Source of the DNA: Octopus bimaculoides
Taxonomy: Eukaryota
Direction: 5' to 3'
NCBI RefSeq assembly: GCF_001194135.2
Contig: NC_068994.1
Span: 2,914,519 to 2,978,518 of the forward strand
DNA length: 64,000 nt
Below are positions 1-11,621 of the stretch, one piece after another (position 1 is the first letter of the stretch; every line of letters starts with the position of its first letter). The notes below the pieces were generated by a model that saw only the letters and a program-made list of their open reading frames with translations, made no database searches and had not been told where the DNA came from. A program made the translations under genes and the position numbers.

Positions 1-744
1 GTTTTTTGATATTGTTTAAGCACATGTCAACCCTGATGGGAACAGACAAATCTGTGGTCAAAGTCAAGACCTTCTCATCTTTTTTGCATGGTATATTCAG
101 GATCGAAGTGTTCAGTTCCTAAAAGAATGTGATGTAATTTGAAGGAGGGTTTACTTGCTATTTCTAGCTGGTCAAGCAACCCTATATCCAGGTTACGATG
201 TAGATTATGCATATAGGAGATTGTAATAATTTAAAGTGAGGTAATCCATTAGAAGTGAGATTTTGGTACTGCTTGTCATTAAGAAAAGTAAATATGTAAC
301 CCCAATGTTGACTTTGAAGTATATGGTACTATGCCAAGGAAATAATAATAATATGTGAAATTCAGTCTCTCTTATAAAGACAAAACAGTAGTTAGAATTC
401 ATACTTTTAGCTCTAATGTCTGTATGTATTTATAATTTTAAATGACCGAACTCTTATAGCTATGATAGTGTTACTATACTTCAGAATGTGATGTGCACCA
501 TTGGTAACATTTCAAAATGAATCTTTGATTCATTACTATAAAACAGAACAATATCTTAGCTTGATTTTGGTTCTATAACTTTAAAAGTCTTCTATTAGTT
601 TTAATTTAGGTATTCAATTGAGGTCCAGAAAATTCATGCCAACAATATATTGAGCAAAGACTTAAATTTTTAAGGAAGGCTTCCAGTGCACATGCAGATT
701 TGTAGAGAAATAATGAAATGATTATTAATATAATATGAAATAAT

Positions 745-830
745 AAGGTGGTGAGCTAGCAGAATCATTAGCATACCAGGCAAAATTCTTAGCAGCATTT
801 TGTCCATTTTTATGTTCTGAGTTCAAATTA
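745..830 (+). mobile_element. tRNA-derived SINE family A, 5' fragment
   Basis: aaggtggtgagctagcagaatcattagc...gttctgagttcaaat matches heads of copies at 4254, 14011 and 62310. Confidence 0.6.
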
Positions 831-964
831 TTTCGATAATTAAAAATATTCTCACCCTGATAAACTGGATTGAGCTGAATATCAAAGATTAATATTAATT
901 GTATGTTATACATTATGAATGTAATACTTTCAATTTATATTATTTTCTTTTCTTTTTTTTTTAG

Positions 965-1124
965 CATTGTAATGAGGATGAGACAATGAGTTCATCTGAA
1001 CAAAAATGTTATAACAGCAGTATTATGACATCAAATAACCTGAATGATACATTATCTTCTCATAAAGAACGGAAATGTGGTTGGAGTGATGGAGACATTA
1101 CACATCAAACATCTGGAGCATCAG
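965..1124 (+). CDS. Penultimate cytoplasmic exon of a protocadherin whose ectodomain exon lies upstream of the window
   Basis: Polypyrimidine+TAG acceptor at 962-964, 160-bp open frame HCNEDETMSSSEQKCYNSSIMTSNNLNDTLSSHKERKCGWSDGDITHQTSGAS, donor g|gtaaat at 1124/1125; clear paralog of 13247-13406. Confidence 0.85.
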
Positions 1125-1463
1125 GTAAATACAAAATAAATCATAAAATTGCAACAAGAATGTTAATGACATGGGAAAATGAATATCATAAGGAAATTGT
1201 TGTTTTTTTATAATGGAGAGTGAAATGTAGTATTCTGACCCATGTAGGGCAGTAACCCTGAATAAGAACTAATGTAGATCGTAATGACACATCCAATTTA
1301 TGCCAGCATTGAAAGAGGTTGAAAATGATAAGAGAACTTCATAGAATTATTATTTTCACAGGAACAGAAAAATCATACACAATTAGTAGCTTCTCTAAAA
1401 TTTTTATACATACATGTATCTTTCTCAACCCTGATCATTAGTAATTTTCATATACTTTTTCAG

Positions 1464-1543
1464 AATATGGCAACTACCGACCAAATATACTCCCGACCCC
1501 AAAGACTGTACAAGAGCAAGAAACGTATCTGGAGCCAGTATAA
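1464..1543 (+). CDS. Terminal coding exon of the upstream protocadherin
   Basis: ttttcag acceptor; phase-1 continuation gives (E)YGNYRPNILPTPKTVQEQETYLEPV*; 80 bp, same length as 13721-13800. Confidence 0.85.
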
Positions 1544-1934
1544 TGCAAACACAGTAACATCAGATTTACTTTTTAATAACCAAAGAATCAACCCCTCAAA
1601 TAATTCAATAGTGTATTAATAACATTCCATATAGCACTGTTTTCAATTAATCTTTTATTGAAAACTCTTTAACAAATACTGAAGTTATAATTTTCCAATG
1701 AAGGTCATAGGGCTGATGCTAATTTTGGTGAGGTTTTCACTACTTTTTATTAAGTAAAGTATTTTTAGTATTAGCATTATATTATACATTGATAATACTA
1801 ATAGATTTCAGTAGAGCTATATTGTGATGAATGAAAATAACTGCAGCAACTCTTTTCTTGAAACTGGAATACAAGTATCCTGAGACAAGGTACATAACTC
1901 TTCTAGAGCTTCAAATACTGAAGCAGTATGCCGT

Positions 1935-2072
1935 CTTTACATTCTGAGTTTAAATTCCGCCAAGGTCGACTTTGCCTTTCATCCTTTCATCTTTTGTGTA
2001 CTGGGGTCGATGTAATCGACTGACCCCCTCCCTAAAAATTTCGGGCCTTGTGCCTAGAGTAGAAAAGAATAT
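1935..2072 (+). mobile_element. SINE family A fragment
   Basis: Core ttctgagtttaaattccgccaaggtcgactttgcctttcatcc...ctggggtcgatgtaatcgact...gggccttgtgcctagagtagaaaagaat, nearly the same as 52585-52745. Confidence 0.75.
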
Positions 2073-2649
2073 ATATTTTCCTTTGATGACATTTTACCTG
2101 TCAAGAGCAAAACATGACTTTCTGCATATATATATATATATATATTCTTCCATTTGACAGCATGAATTTCCACATTTTCAAACAGACTTCAAACTAAGAA
2201 GATAATGCCTAAATATGGCACTAAAATAAAATGACAAAAAATCATAGAATCAAGCTCAATGATTTTAAAACTATGGACATAATAATTTTTTACATGAGAA
2301 TTATAGAAGGCAATCTTTATATAAACATAGATGAGTAGATATGCCTCTAGCAAAGATATTGGTAAAGTAAAGGAAAATGAATCTACACTATTCTTCTTCT
2401 TAACATTAAAATTATCTTTCAAATATAGCATTTTATCTAAATATCATTGCATTTATTTATTATTGTATAGGTTTTGTTGGAAGAAATGTTAATGTATCAA
2501 ATGTATCTAGCCTTATTACAAATGAGATATGAAAAGCAATCCCAAATACACATAACCACACATACATTCACATATTAAATATATTTTAAAAACATTTTAA
2601 ATACATTTATGAATTCACATTTCATTGGAACTCATTTTTGAAATATGAC

Positions 2650-2747
2650 TGCAATTTGTGAACAACAGCAGCAGTTACAGAAGAAGACTCCTACGAGATA
2701 CATGTTTTTCTTCTTTTACGACAACAACAAAAGATTAAACAATGAAG
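2650..2747 (+). other. Putative non-coding first exon of the relic unit (start approximate)
   Basis: Ends aagattaaacaatgaag|gtaaat, homologous to gattaaacaatgcag|gtaag at 50861-50880 and 59999-60018; shares cagcagttaca and gataca motifs. Confidence 0.55.
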
Positions 2748-2924
2748 GTAAATCTATTTTTATATATATACTGTCTTTTCTCATCTCAGATAATCTTTGG
2801 AGAGCAAAGTTCTTTTCATAGCTTTTAAAACAGGATAATAGCTAAAACATTTCTCATACACACACACACATATATGAACATGAACAAATATATTTATTCA
2901 TACAAATATATATATATATATATA

Positions 2925-3800
2925 TATATCATCATCATCATCATCATCATCATCACCATCATCATCATTTAACGTTCATTTTCCATGCTGGCTGGGGTTG
3001 GGCAGTGTGACTGAGGACTGACAAGCCAATAAGCTGCACCAGGCTCCAATCTGATCTGGCAAGGTTTCTACAGCTGGATGCCTTCCCTAATGCCAACCAC
3101 TCCAAGAGTGCAGTGGGTGCTTTTTATGTGCCACCAGAACAGGAGCTGGTCAGGTAGCACTGGCATCAACCACATTCAGATGGTGCTTTTTACATGCCAC
3201 CAGCACATCAGCCAGTTGGGAGGCACTGGCATTGATCACATTTGGATGGTCCTTTTTACATGCCACTGGCATGGACAGCTAGTCAGGCAGCACTGGCATC
3301 GACTCATGCTTGAATGGTGCTTATTATGTGCCACCAGCATAGTGCCAGTCAGGCAGCAGCATCACTGGCATTGGCCACAACTACGATTTCAATTTTGATT
3401 TCGATTTTACTTGATTCAATAGGTCTTGTCAAGTGTAGCATATTGCCCAACGATTCAAGGGTACTTTTAAACGGGCTGATTACGCAACAGTGGTATCAGC
3501 CATGGCTGTGATCTCACTTTACTTACCAGGTCTTCTCAATCACAGCATATCTCCAAAGGTCTCTCATTGCCTCTATGAGGCTCAACATTCAAAGGTCATG
3601 CTTCACCACCTCACCCCATGTCTTCCTGGGTTTCCCTCTTCCACAGGTTCCTTCCACTGTTAGGATGTGACACTTCTTCATACAGCTCTCCTCATCCATA
3701 TGTAGCACATGACCATACCAGTGCAGACATCTCTCTTGCATACTACATCTGATGCTTCTTATGTCCCTGTACATGGCTCGCACAGCTCTCACTGTATTTA
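2925..3800 (-). mobile_element. 3' fragment of an RTE-clade LINE (or partner SINE) with internal ~60-bp tandem repeats and (GAT)n tail
   Basis: Minus ORF 3589-3807 contains LHWYGHVLHM...GRGKPRKTWGEVVKHDL, typical of the RTE ORF C-terminus; reverse complement matches 54500-55130; (cat)n at 2928-2967. Confidence 0.75.
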
Positions 3801-3845
3801 TAATCATAAGTACAACATCCTAACCACTAAACTACACACCTCCAC

Positions 3846-3945
3846 CATACATACATACATACATACATACATACATACATACATACATACATACATACAT
3901 ACATACATACATACATACATACATACATACATACATGCATGCATA
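3846..3945. repeat. (TACA)n microsatellite
   Basis: More than 20 direct TACA units. Confidence 0.95.
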
Positions 3946-4253
3946 CATACATATATACATATAGATAAATATGGATGCATACATATATACAGATGCATAT
4001 GCATGCATACATATAAACAGATGCATATTTTTTTATGGCTGGGCTCCAATGCAGGCCATTGCAACAAAGTTCACCTACCACACTTCTCAATCCAGCATCA
4101 CTGCCTCAAGATCCTGGATATAATCCAGTCCAGTGTCTGCGATCAAGTTGTCAAAGTAAGTGTGACACCATTTTTCTCTTTTTACATCAAATTTCATATT
4201 ATTTCTTTTTCTTTGAATTATGATTTTATTATTATTATTATCATCATCATCAT

Positions 4254-4400
4254 AAGGTGGTAAGCTGGCAGAATCATTAGCACAAGTTCAAATTCTGCCA
4301 TGGTCAACTTTGCCTTTCATTCTTTCAGGGTCAATAAAATAAAGGACCAATCAAGTACTGGAGTCAATAAAATCATCTTGCCCCTCCTCCTAAAATTATA
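4254..4400 (+). mobile_element. SINE family A copy (internally deleted)
   Basis: aaggtggtaagctggcagaatcattagc...caactttgcctttcattctttcagggtcaataaa...gtactggagtcaat. Confidence 0.7.
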
Positions 4401-4801
4401 TATTATAATATTTATTCTTGGCTGTTTTTCATGTTAAGTATTTAATATGAACCATATGTTAACAAGATCGCTATCATCTTTGGAAATGAGTATTCATTCG
4501 TTCTATCAACTAAACTACCAGAAAATTGAATTAGCACGTAAATGATCGAATATTCCACAGACATGTGTGCCCTTGACATAGCCCTCAGGCAAATATCAAT
4601 GTGACAGTGTGTAACACAAACTGGAACTTTGTATCATAAGTATAATCAATCCAATGGGTTTCTTCACATTTTCCATTGACCACCTGCCCAAGAGTAATAC
4701 TGTTGTAATGAATCTTGAGTTATTATTGCATAGTGAACCATTGTCCATATAAAAACATTTCAAGTAATTTTTTTTTCATCTTATCTGTGTATTTTTTACA
4801 G

Positions 4802-4958
4802 CATTAAGATAAGAATGTGGCAATGAGTCCTGCTGATCAAAAATGTTACGGTAGTATTGAAACATCAAACAACCTTAGTGAGACATTACCCTGGAACAAA
4901 GAATGGAACTATGTCTAGAATAAAGGAGACATTAAAAATCAAGCAATGGGAGCATCAG
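4802..4958 (+). pseudogene. Degenerate copy of the penultimate cytoplasmic exon (orphan unit)
   Basis: Intact cag acceptor and g|gtaat donor; H*DKNVAMSPADQKCYGSIETSNNLSETLPWNKEWNYV*NKGDIKNQAMGAS aligns to 965-1124, with stops at 4805 (TAA) and 4916 (TAG). Confidence 0.8.
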
Positions 4959-5102
4959 GTAATAATGAAATAAACAAAAAAATTCAAACAACAAATAAAA
5001 ATTTCCCTTAAGAAACATAACCTAGATATATTCAAATATTTGTCATGGAAACAAATTAAAACATCATTAAGTAGTTTCCCCTTATTCTTATATAATTTCC
5101 AG

Positions 5103-5182
5103 AATATAGCAAGTACCAGCCAAACATACCTCTGACACCAAAGAATGAACAAGAACAAGAAATCTATTCAGAGTTTATGTAG
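5103..5182 (+). pseudogene. Terminal exon copy of the orphan unit
   Basis: ttccag acceptor; (E)YSKYQPNIPLTPKNEQEQEIYSEFM*; 80 bp, open, paralogous to 1464-1543. Confidence 0.8.
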
Positions 5183-5649
5183 TGTAGTAATTATATCTTG
5201 CTTGTTTGGTTCTCATTAACAATAGAAAGAATTTCGATATAAATTATTTGTTTCAAGCAATAATGAGTACTGCTTAAGATAATATTCAATGGTTATAAAA
5301 TTTAAACTTGATCATTTAAGGAAAAAATTCTTTTAAGATTCAATTAAGCATATTTTATTTATTTATTTATTTTTACTTTAAAACTTTTGATATTTCAATT
5401 AAAATCAAATATTGCCTAATTTTTTTAAAATACAGTAGATAAATAATATAAACTCAAAACATAAAATTGAAGATAAAATTTCTGTAAAATGGAAATGCAT
5501 TATGTGAGTCTACGCAAATTATACAGTTAAAGTCAGTTGATGTTATCTTCATTTTTACATTAAAGTTTATCAATTATATATAATAATATATTGTGCATAT
5601 ACACGCACACACATAAACACATCATTAGTTAAGCATTTATGGTCCTGAT

Positions 5650-5811
5650 TCTACCTCCCACTCCCTGATTCACACCAGCACACAGCTATTGTCAAACTAC
5701 TACATCAACAAGCAGCTATTTTAATACTACTACTATAGCAGCAAAAGCAGGCTACACCAGTATGTATCTCTCTCTCAGAATCTAAAATGGGAAAAGGATT
5801 AACCAATGAAG
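5650..5811 (+). other. Putative non-coding first exon of gene A (start approximate)
   Basis: Ends ggattaaccaatgaag|gtatgt; shares cctgattcac with 15110 and acctcccact with 50648. Confidence 0.55.
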
Positions 5812-7102
5812 GTATGTCTTTTTATATTAAATTGCTAATTTTTATTAAAATGAAATAATCTAAATTATTAACAGCTAAATTAGCTACCATGACATATATA
5901 TATACACACACATAAAACTAAATAATATATGCATATTGGGACTAGAGCAGCAAAGATTAGAAAGATTTAACCATTATTTCCATAATTACCAATAATAGCA
6001 GCAATAACATAACCACCACTAAAAGGAAGGAATATTTCCTTCTCAGTTACAATTACCAAAACAAACTGACATCTAGACAGAAGGTACTAAATTAATAAAC
6101 GTGTTATATATATTGCTATGACATGATTTTTACCCAAGCTCACAGATTTTTCACTGTGTATTTGGAAATAATGATTCCAAATAATATAATATTGATGTTT
6201 AAAGCATATTTGTGTTAGTTTGTGAATATGGAATAAATGAATGAATAATTCTATTATTTTTTAAAATATATTTTTAATTAAACATTGAATAGATTTATTA
6301 TGATAAGACTTCTTACAAACCAGCAAGAACTCTATACCTGTTAGAAATAATATCCAAATCTCCCTTAAATTCTACCTTATTGACTTGCAAATTGAAGGGA
6401 CACAGAAAAAGTAGTGCAGGGTATATATTGCCTGTAACAACATGAGATGGTGATGACATCAGAATACCTTTGATCATAGGTCTACTCTGTCAGGGAGAGA
6501 GATGGTTATGAAATCAGAATAGGTTCATCAATAGGATGGTTATGAGATCAGAATATCTTTAATCATAGGTCTGCTCTATCTGCTCTAAAAACAACTAACT
6601 TCTGTCTCATCAAACAAATCCCTTTTGATAAAGCAAAATATAGGAGCCAGATGCAAACTGAGTACAGATCTTCCTGAAATATTAAGTGATAATTACGAAT
6701 CCCTCATAAAAACAATGTCTTTACTGATGATAATATGGATAATAATAAAGCAACTTAGATATTAAAAATTAACCTAGTTCGATATTCCAAACTGTCTTAT
6801 AGAATGTTAGGATATATTTTTGCTTTTAACATTTTTTCATTGCTTAAAGATAAATGCTAAAACAACAAAAGCTTTTGCAGAATTTCAACATGAATCTGAT
6901 ACTTTTGATTCTAAATTAATTATAAAATAAATAACTGATATAATGCATTCTCATAAATATTCATTTCAATTAAAGTTAATTTACTACATAACAAATTGTA
7001 TAAGTTTTTCAATATCTGAACATCAGAAAATACTTTTGTTAGATAATATGAGGTTCTTGAGAAGACCTGCCCATATCAGTGAAGCTGAGTTCTATAAGTG
7101 CT

Positions 7103-7421
7103 GAGTGTCCCACCCACACATAAGAAAACTTCTCACACACCCTGCCACAACAAACCAAACTACATCTCTTCTCTTCATCACATTTCCACTTTATGCACTA
7201 GGTTTACCTCCCACTCCCCAATCCTGTCCTCATGTATTATTGTTTCTCTGTATTATTGATATCCAGTAGCACCCAGTCTGTGTGTTCCACCCACATGTAA
7301 CAAGAAAACTTTTCACACATCCTACCCCAACAAACCAATCTACATCTTTACACCACTTCTCTTCCTCACATTTCCTCCTTCATGCACTATGCCTACCTCT
7401 CACTCCCCAATCCTGTCCTCA
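7103..7421. repeat. Imperfect direct duplication (~130-140-bp shared core) in a CA/CT-rich interspersed repeat
   Basis: ccacccaca...aagaaaactt..cacaca...caacaaacca...cacatttcc...atgcacta...cactccccaatcctgtcctca occurs at ~7108-7231 and ~7287-7421. Confidence 0.7.
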
Positions 7422-7794
7422 CAGCCTGGTTTTTCTGTATCACACTGCTATCTAATAGCCCACCCCACCTCTCACTCTATACCCAGGTTTTCTCCACTCA
7501 CTTACCCTCTGCACTCTCTAATCATGTTTCTTTGACAATATCCTGCCACTTATATTGTGATTTTCAAACCTCAAGGATATGCTGTAGTACTTGCCACCAT
7601 TTATATCTCTCTCTGCTTTTACTCAACCATCTCATTTTTATTTTGATCATCGTCCCTTGTGAGTATGCCCAGCAGTTTGCCACCATCTCTGTCCTGATAT
7701 CTCCCATTCTCTCTCTCCTTCTCCTGCACTTCCCTCAGATTGGGTAACCATGTATTTCCTTTGCAGCAGCACACCTGTTTCTGTCCTCATTCCT

Positions 7795-7865
<71 letters not shown>

Positions 7866-8029
7866 CCCTCCCCCACCAGCTGGGTAACCTTGTACCTCCT
7901 CTTACAGCAAGACACCGGTTTCTGTTTCACTATAGCCTTTCACCATCTGACACAAGATGACCTCCTCCAATACCCACTCCCCTCTCAAAAGATTTCTGTT
8001 TTGCAGGCTACTCAGTGACCCTGTTAGTG

Positions 8030-8313
8030 CAGGTGCCACTTAGAAAGCATCCAGTCCACACTGTAAAGTGGTTGGCATTTGGAAGGGCACCCAGCTGTGA
8101 AAACCTTGGCCAAACTGACCTCACTTGTGCCACGTAAAAAGTATTAAGTCCATTCTGTTGGGTCGTTGGTGTTAGGAAGGGCATCCAGCTGTAAAAATCT
8201 TGCCAAAACAGTCACAGATATCTGGTACAGGCTTCTGCCAGGCCGGCTCCTGTCAAACCATCCTACCCATGCTAGCATGGAAGGTGGACGTTAAACAATG
8301 ATGATGATGATGA
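8030..8313 (+). mobile_element. SINE/LINE-tail family C copy
   Basis: ggaagggcatccagctgt (twice)...cccatgctagcatggaaggtggacgttaaacaatgatgatgat tail; same family as 54950-55130. Confidence 0.7.
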
Positions 8314-9224
8314 ATAACTGAATTGAATTTTGTGTTTGTTATTTGAAGATAGAATGGTGAATACTTGCTTAAGTTTAAGCAAAAGAAAATGTACTTATAC
8401 ACAAAGTACTTAGATGAAGAGAGTATAAATGTGAGAACTCAGTAAGATGGTGCCTGTATCTCACTGATGCTTTAGTAAAGAATCACAATAGGATGTAGCC
8501 TTAATGAGAATACACCCTCTTCCATCTACTTCATACACAACATTTTATATAAACTCCTAAAATTTGAATTCTAATGTAAGCATACTTTGTGTCTTGCCTA
8601 TGGATTTTGTCTTGACTTCAAGTTAATTAGAACATAAATTCTCATCCTTATGTTGAGGTTGATGATATTCATCAAATTCACTCAGATCATTTTAAAAGGA
8701 ATCTATCTGTAGTTTAAATTACTATGAATTTCAAGAGATATAATTTATTTATTATGTGCTTTAGGTGTCCTTCACTTGACTAAGAGATAACTTTTGATGC
8801 AAAAATTCTGATAAAATAATAATGTAAGCAGTAAGTAAGTTAACACAACATTAACTATACTTTATTTCTGAACTACGTAAGCTATGTTAATATTTTGGTC
8901 ATTCAATAGTGTCATACCCACAACTCGGTGCTAATTTTGCATTAATTCATCTCAATTTCATTATTTCAAATTTAAAAAAAAATTCATTAAATTTTAGTTT
9001 CATTCACCACTTCATGACATAAATTTCCAAAATAGTTCCCAATATTATTTTTGCAAAAAGAGGGGCAACACGTATTTCCCAAATATTAATTTGATGCTAC
9101 AAATATTGTGGATAAATATCATAAATGTGAAGTGATCATTCATGTTGACTGTTTTAATCTAATAATAGAATTTCCATTTGTTTTTCAAGATACTGAGAGT
9201 CTGCAGGATTTGTGAAGAATCATA

Positions 9225-11621
9225 ATGACAAAAGAGAGTGGCTTATTCATCTGTCTACTACATACTTTACTACACTGTGTTCTAAGTGTAGATATCACTT
9301 ACCATGTCAACGAAGAAGATAGTCCTCACACTTACATAGGAAACATTGCTGCTGATTCTAACTTTTCTCAATCTCTCAAACATCATCAAGGAACTCCCAT
9401 TACATTTACACAGTTGCAAAGAACAATGTCAATGGGATCTCACTTATTCAATGTCACTAATTCTGGGAAACTATACACTACACACACACTTGATGCTGAG
9501 TCTCTATGCATTTACAAAAAAGAATGTTTTAAAATTGTCAAAGTAGCTGTTAGGAAAGAAGAAGCATTCATAAAAATATTAAAGATAAAGATAATAATTG
9601 ATGATATTAACGATAACCAACCAGAGTTTCCAGAAGATCAAATTAAATTAGAATTTGATGAAACTGAAGCAAAAGGTTCAACAAAATCAATACCAAATGC
9701 TGTGGATAAAGACATTGGTATTTTCAATTCTAACATCACATATGAACTGAAAGATAAAAGTAATACATTTATATTATCAATATTCAAAGAGTTTGATGGA
9801 ATGAAAATACTTAAAATAGCACTAGAAGGTAAGTTAGACAGAGAATTAAAAGACACTTATATGTTACAGTTAGTTGCAAAGGATAGTGGTTCTCCTCCCA
9901 AAGAAGATACTCTGAACATAGAGATATCTGTTATTGATGTCAATGATAATAGACCTATGTTTTCTCAGCAGATGTACAACATCACAATTAGTGATACACA
10001 TCATACATCTTCTCCTGTTTTTGTTTTATCAGCTACAGACTTAGATTCAGGTCAAAATGGTAATATCACATATAACTTTTATCAAAAAACAAGCTCTTAT
10101 CTCAAAACACATTTCAAACTGAAACCAGATGGAGAGATATTCCTAAATGAGGATTTTTACAGAAATAATCAACAAAAATATAAATTATATATTCAAGCCA
10201 AGGATAGAGGAAAACCATCTTTAAGTTCTTCAGCCACACTAATTATCAATGTAATAAGCAATCAAAATAATCTTCCAAATATAAACATAGATTTTGTATC
10301 ACCTTTAACAGTGAATTCTGCTGCTATTTCAGAAGCAAGTAAAATTGGGAGTTTTATAGCTTATGTTATGGTCACTGACACTGATAGTGGACCTAATGGA
10401 CAAATTAAATGCAATATTCACCATAAAATGTTCCAGCTTTCTAATATGGGGTCTAAAGAGTATAAAATATTAGTCAAAGAACCTCTTGACAGAGAAACTA
10501 TAGATCATTATGTTGTTTCTATTGAATGTCATGATATGGGATCACCTCCATTGAAGACTAAGAAACAGTTTTCTGTCAAAGTAACTGATGTCAATGATGT
10601 AGAACCACATTTTACCAAAGAGACATTCCAATTCCTCACCTATGAAAACCAGAAAGTTGACTTCCCTATTGGCTTCATCAATGCTACAGACCCTGATCTT
10701 GGAGATGGAGGCCAACTTACATATTCTATCATCAATGAGAACAAAAATGATAACATTCCTTTCCAACTGACAAAATATGGATTTATTTCTACATCACAAT
10801 CAATAGATCGAGAAGTAAAAGACATCTATAATTTACAGGTTTTAGTCAAAGATAATGGGACACCATCACTGAATAACACTGCCAATATTCTTATAGAGAT
10901 TCTAGATAAAAATGATAATGCTCCATATTTTATATTTCCTAATAATGATCCTTACAATCTAGATGTCCACTACCATCCACACAGTAAGAAGGACATCTCA
11001 ATTCTGAAAGCATCTGACAAAGATTCTGGAAACAATGCTTTCCTCACATATGGAATACTGAGATCCAATGATAAAAACCTGTTTACAGTGAACTCACACA
11101 CTGGTGTGTTATCTTTCTCTCGCACAGTTTACCAAAATGATGCAGGAACATATGAGCTGCAGTTTATAGTGAAAGACGGTGGTACTCCAGTTCAATCAGC
11201 AACAACTGCTATCATATTAACACTGTTTGTTAGTAATGATACATCTCCAATGTTAACTGCTGTCCACTCAAAGTCTGGTAACAACCTGAATATGACTTGG
11301 ATAATTATTATTGTAGCAGCAGCTGTAATACTATCTGTGGCCATTGTAGTGTCAATAACACTATGTGTTTTCAGATGTATTAATCATATTAATAATTCAC
11401 AAACAACAAAAAATAATCCAAAATTTCTTTCAAGGACTGAAATGAGGCAAATATTGTATCAGACTAACAATCCTGTAGCAATAACTAGAAATGCAGAAGA
11501 CATATTTAACAGAAATCTTCAGTCAATAAACCCCAAAACTTCCTATTACCCAGAGATGGAACAGCCAGCCAATGAATGGAAATTCTCAACAACACCTAGG
11601 CGATTGCCACCAGTTCCACAG
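9225..11621 (+). CDS. Protocadherin A, large exon: signal peptide, EC1-EC6, TM, juxtamembrane tail (799 codons)
   Basis: 810-aa ORF with LDAE/LDRE, DxNDNxPxF and A/TxDxD cadherin motifs, C-X5-C in EC1, TM WIIIIVAAAVILSVAIVVSITLCVF; donor ccacag|gtaaga at 11621/11622; acceptor tttttcaag at 9189. Confidence 0.95.

Noticed and set aside
3709-4263. 184-aa ORF and overlapping YVCM-repeat ORFs
   Set aside because: Translation of the (TACA)n microsatellite.
9638-10825. Antisense ORFs over Pcdh exons (also 28721-28989, 47503-47786, 55668-56963, 63096-63557)
   Set aside because: Shadow frames of the coding strand; their similarity across copies follows from the homogenised exon.
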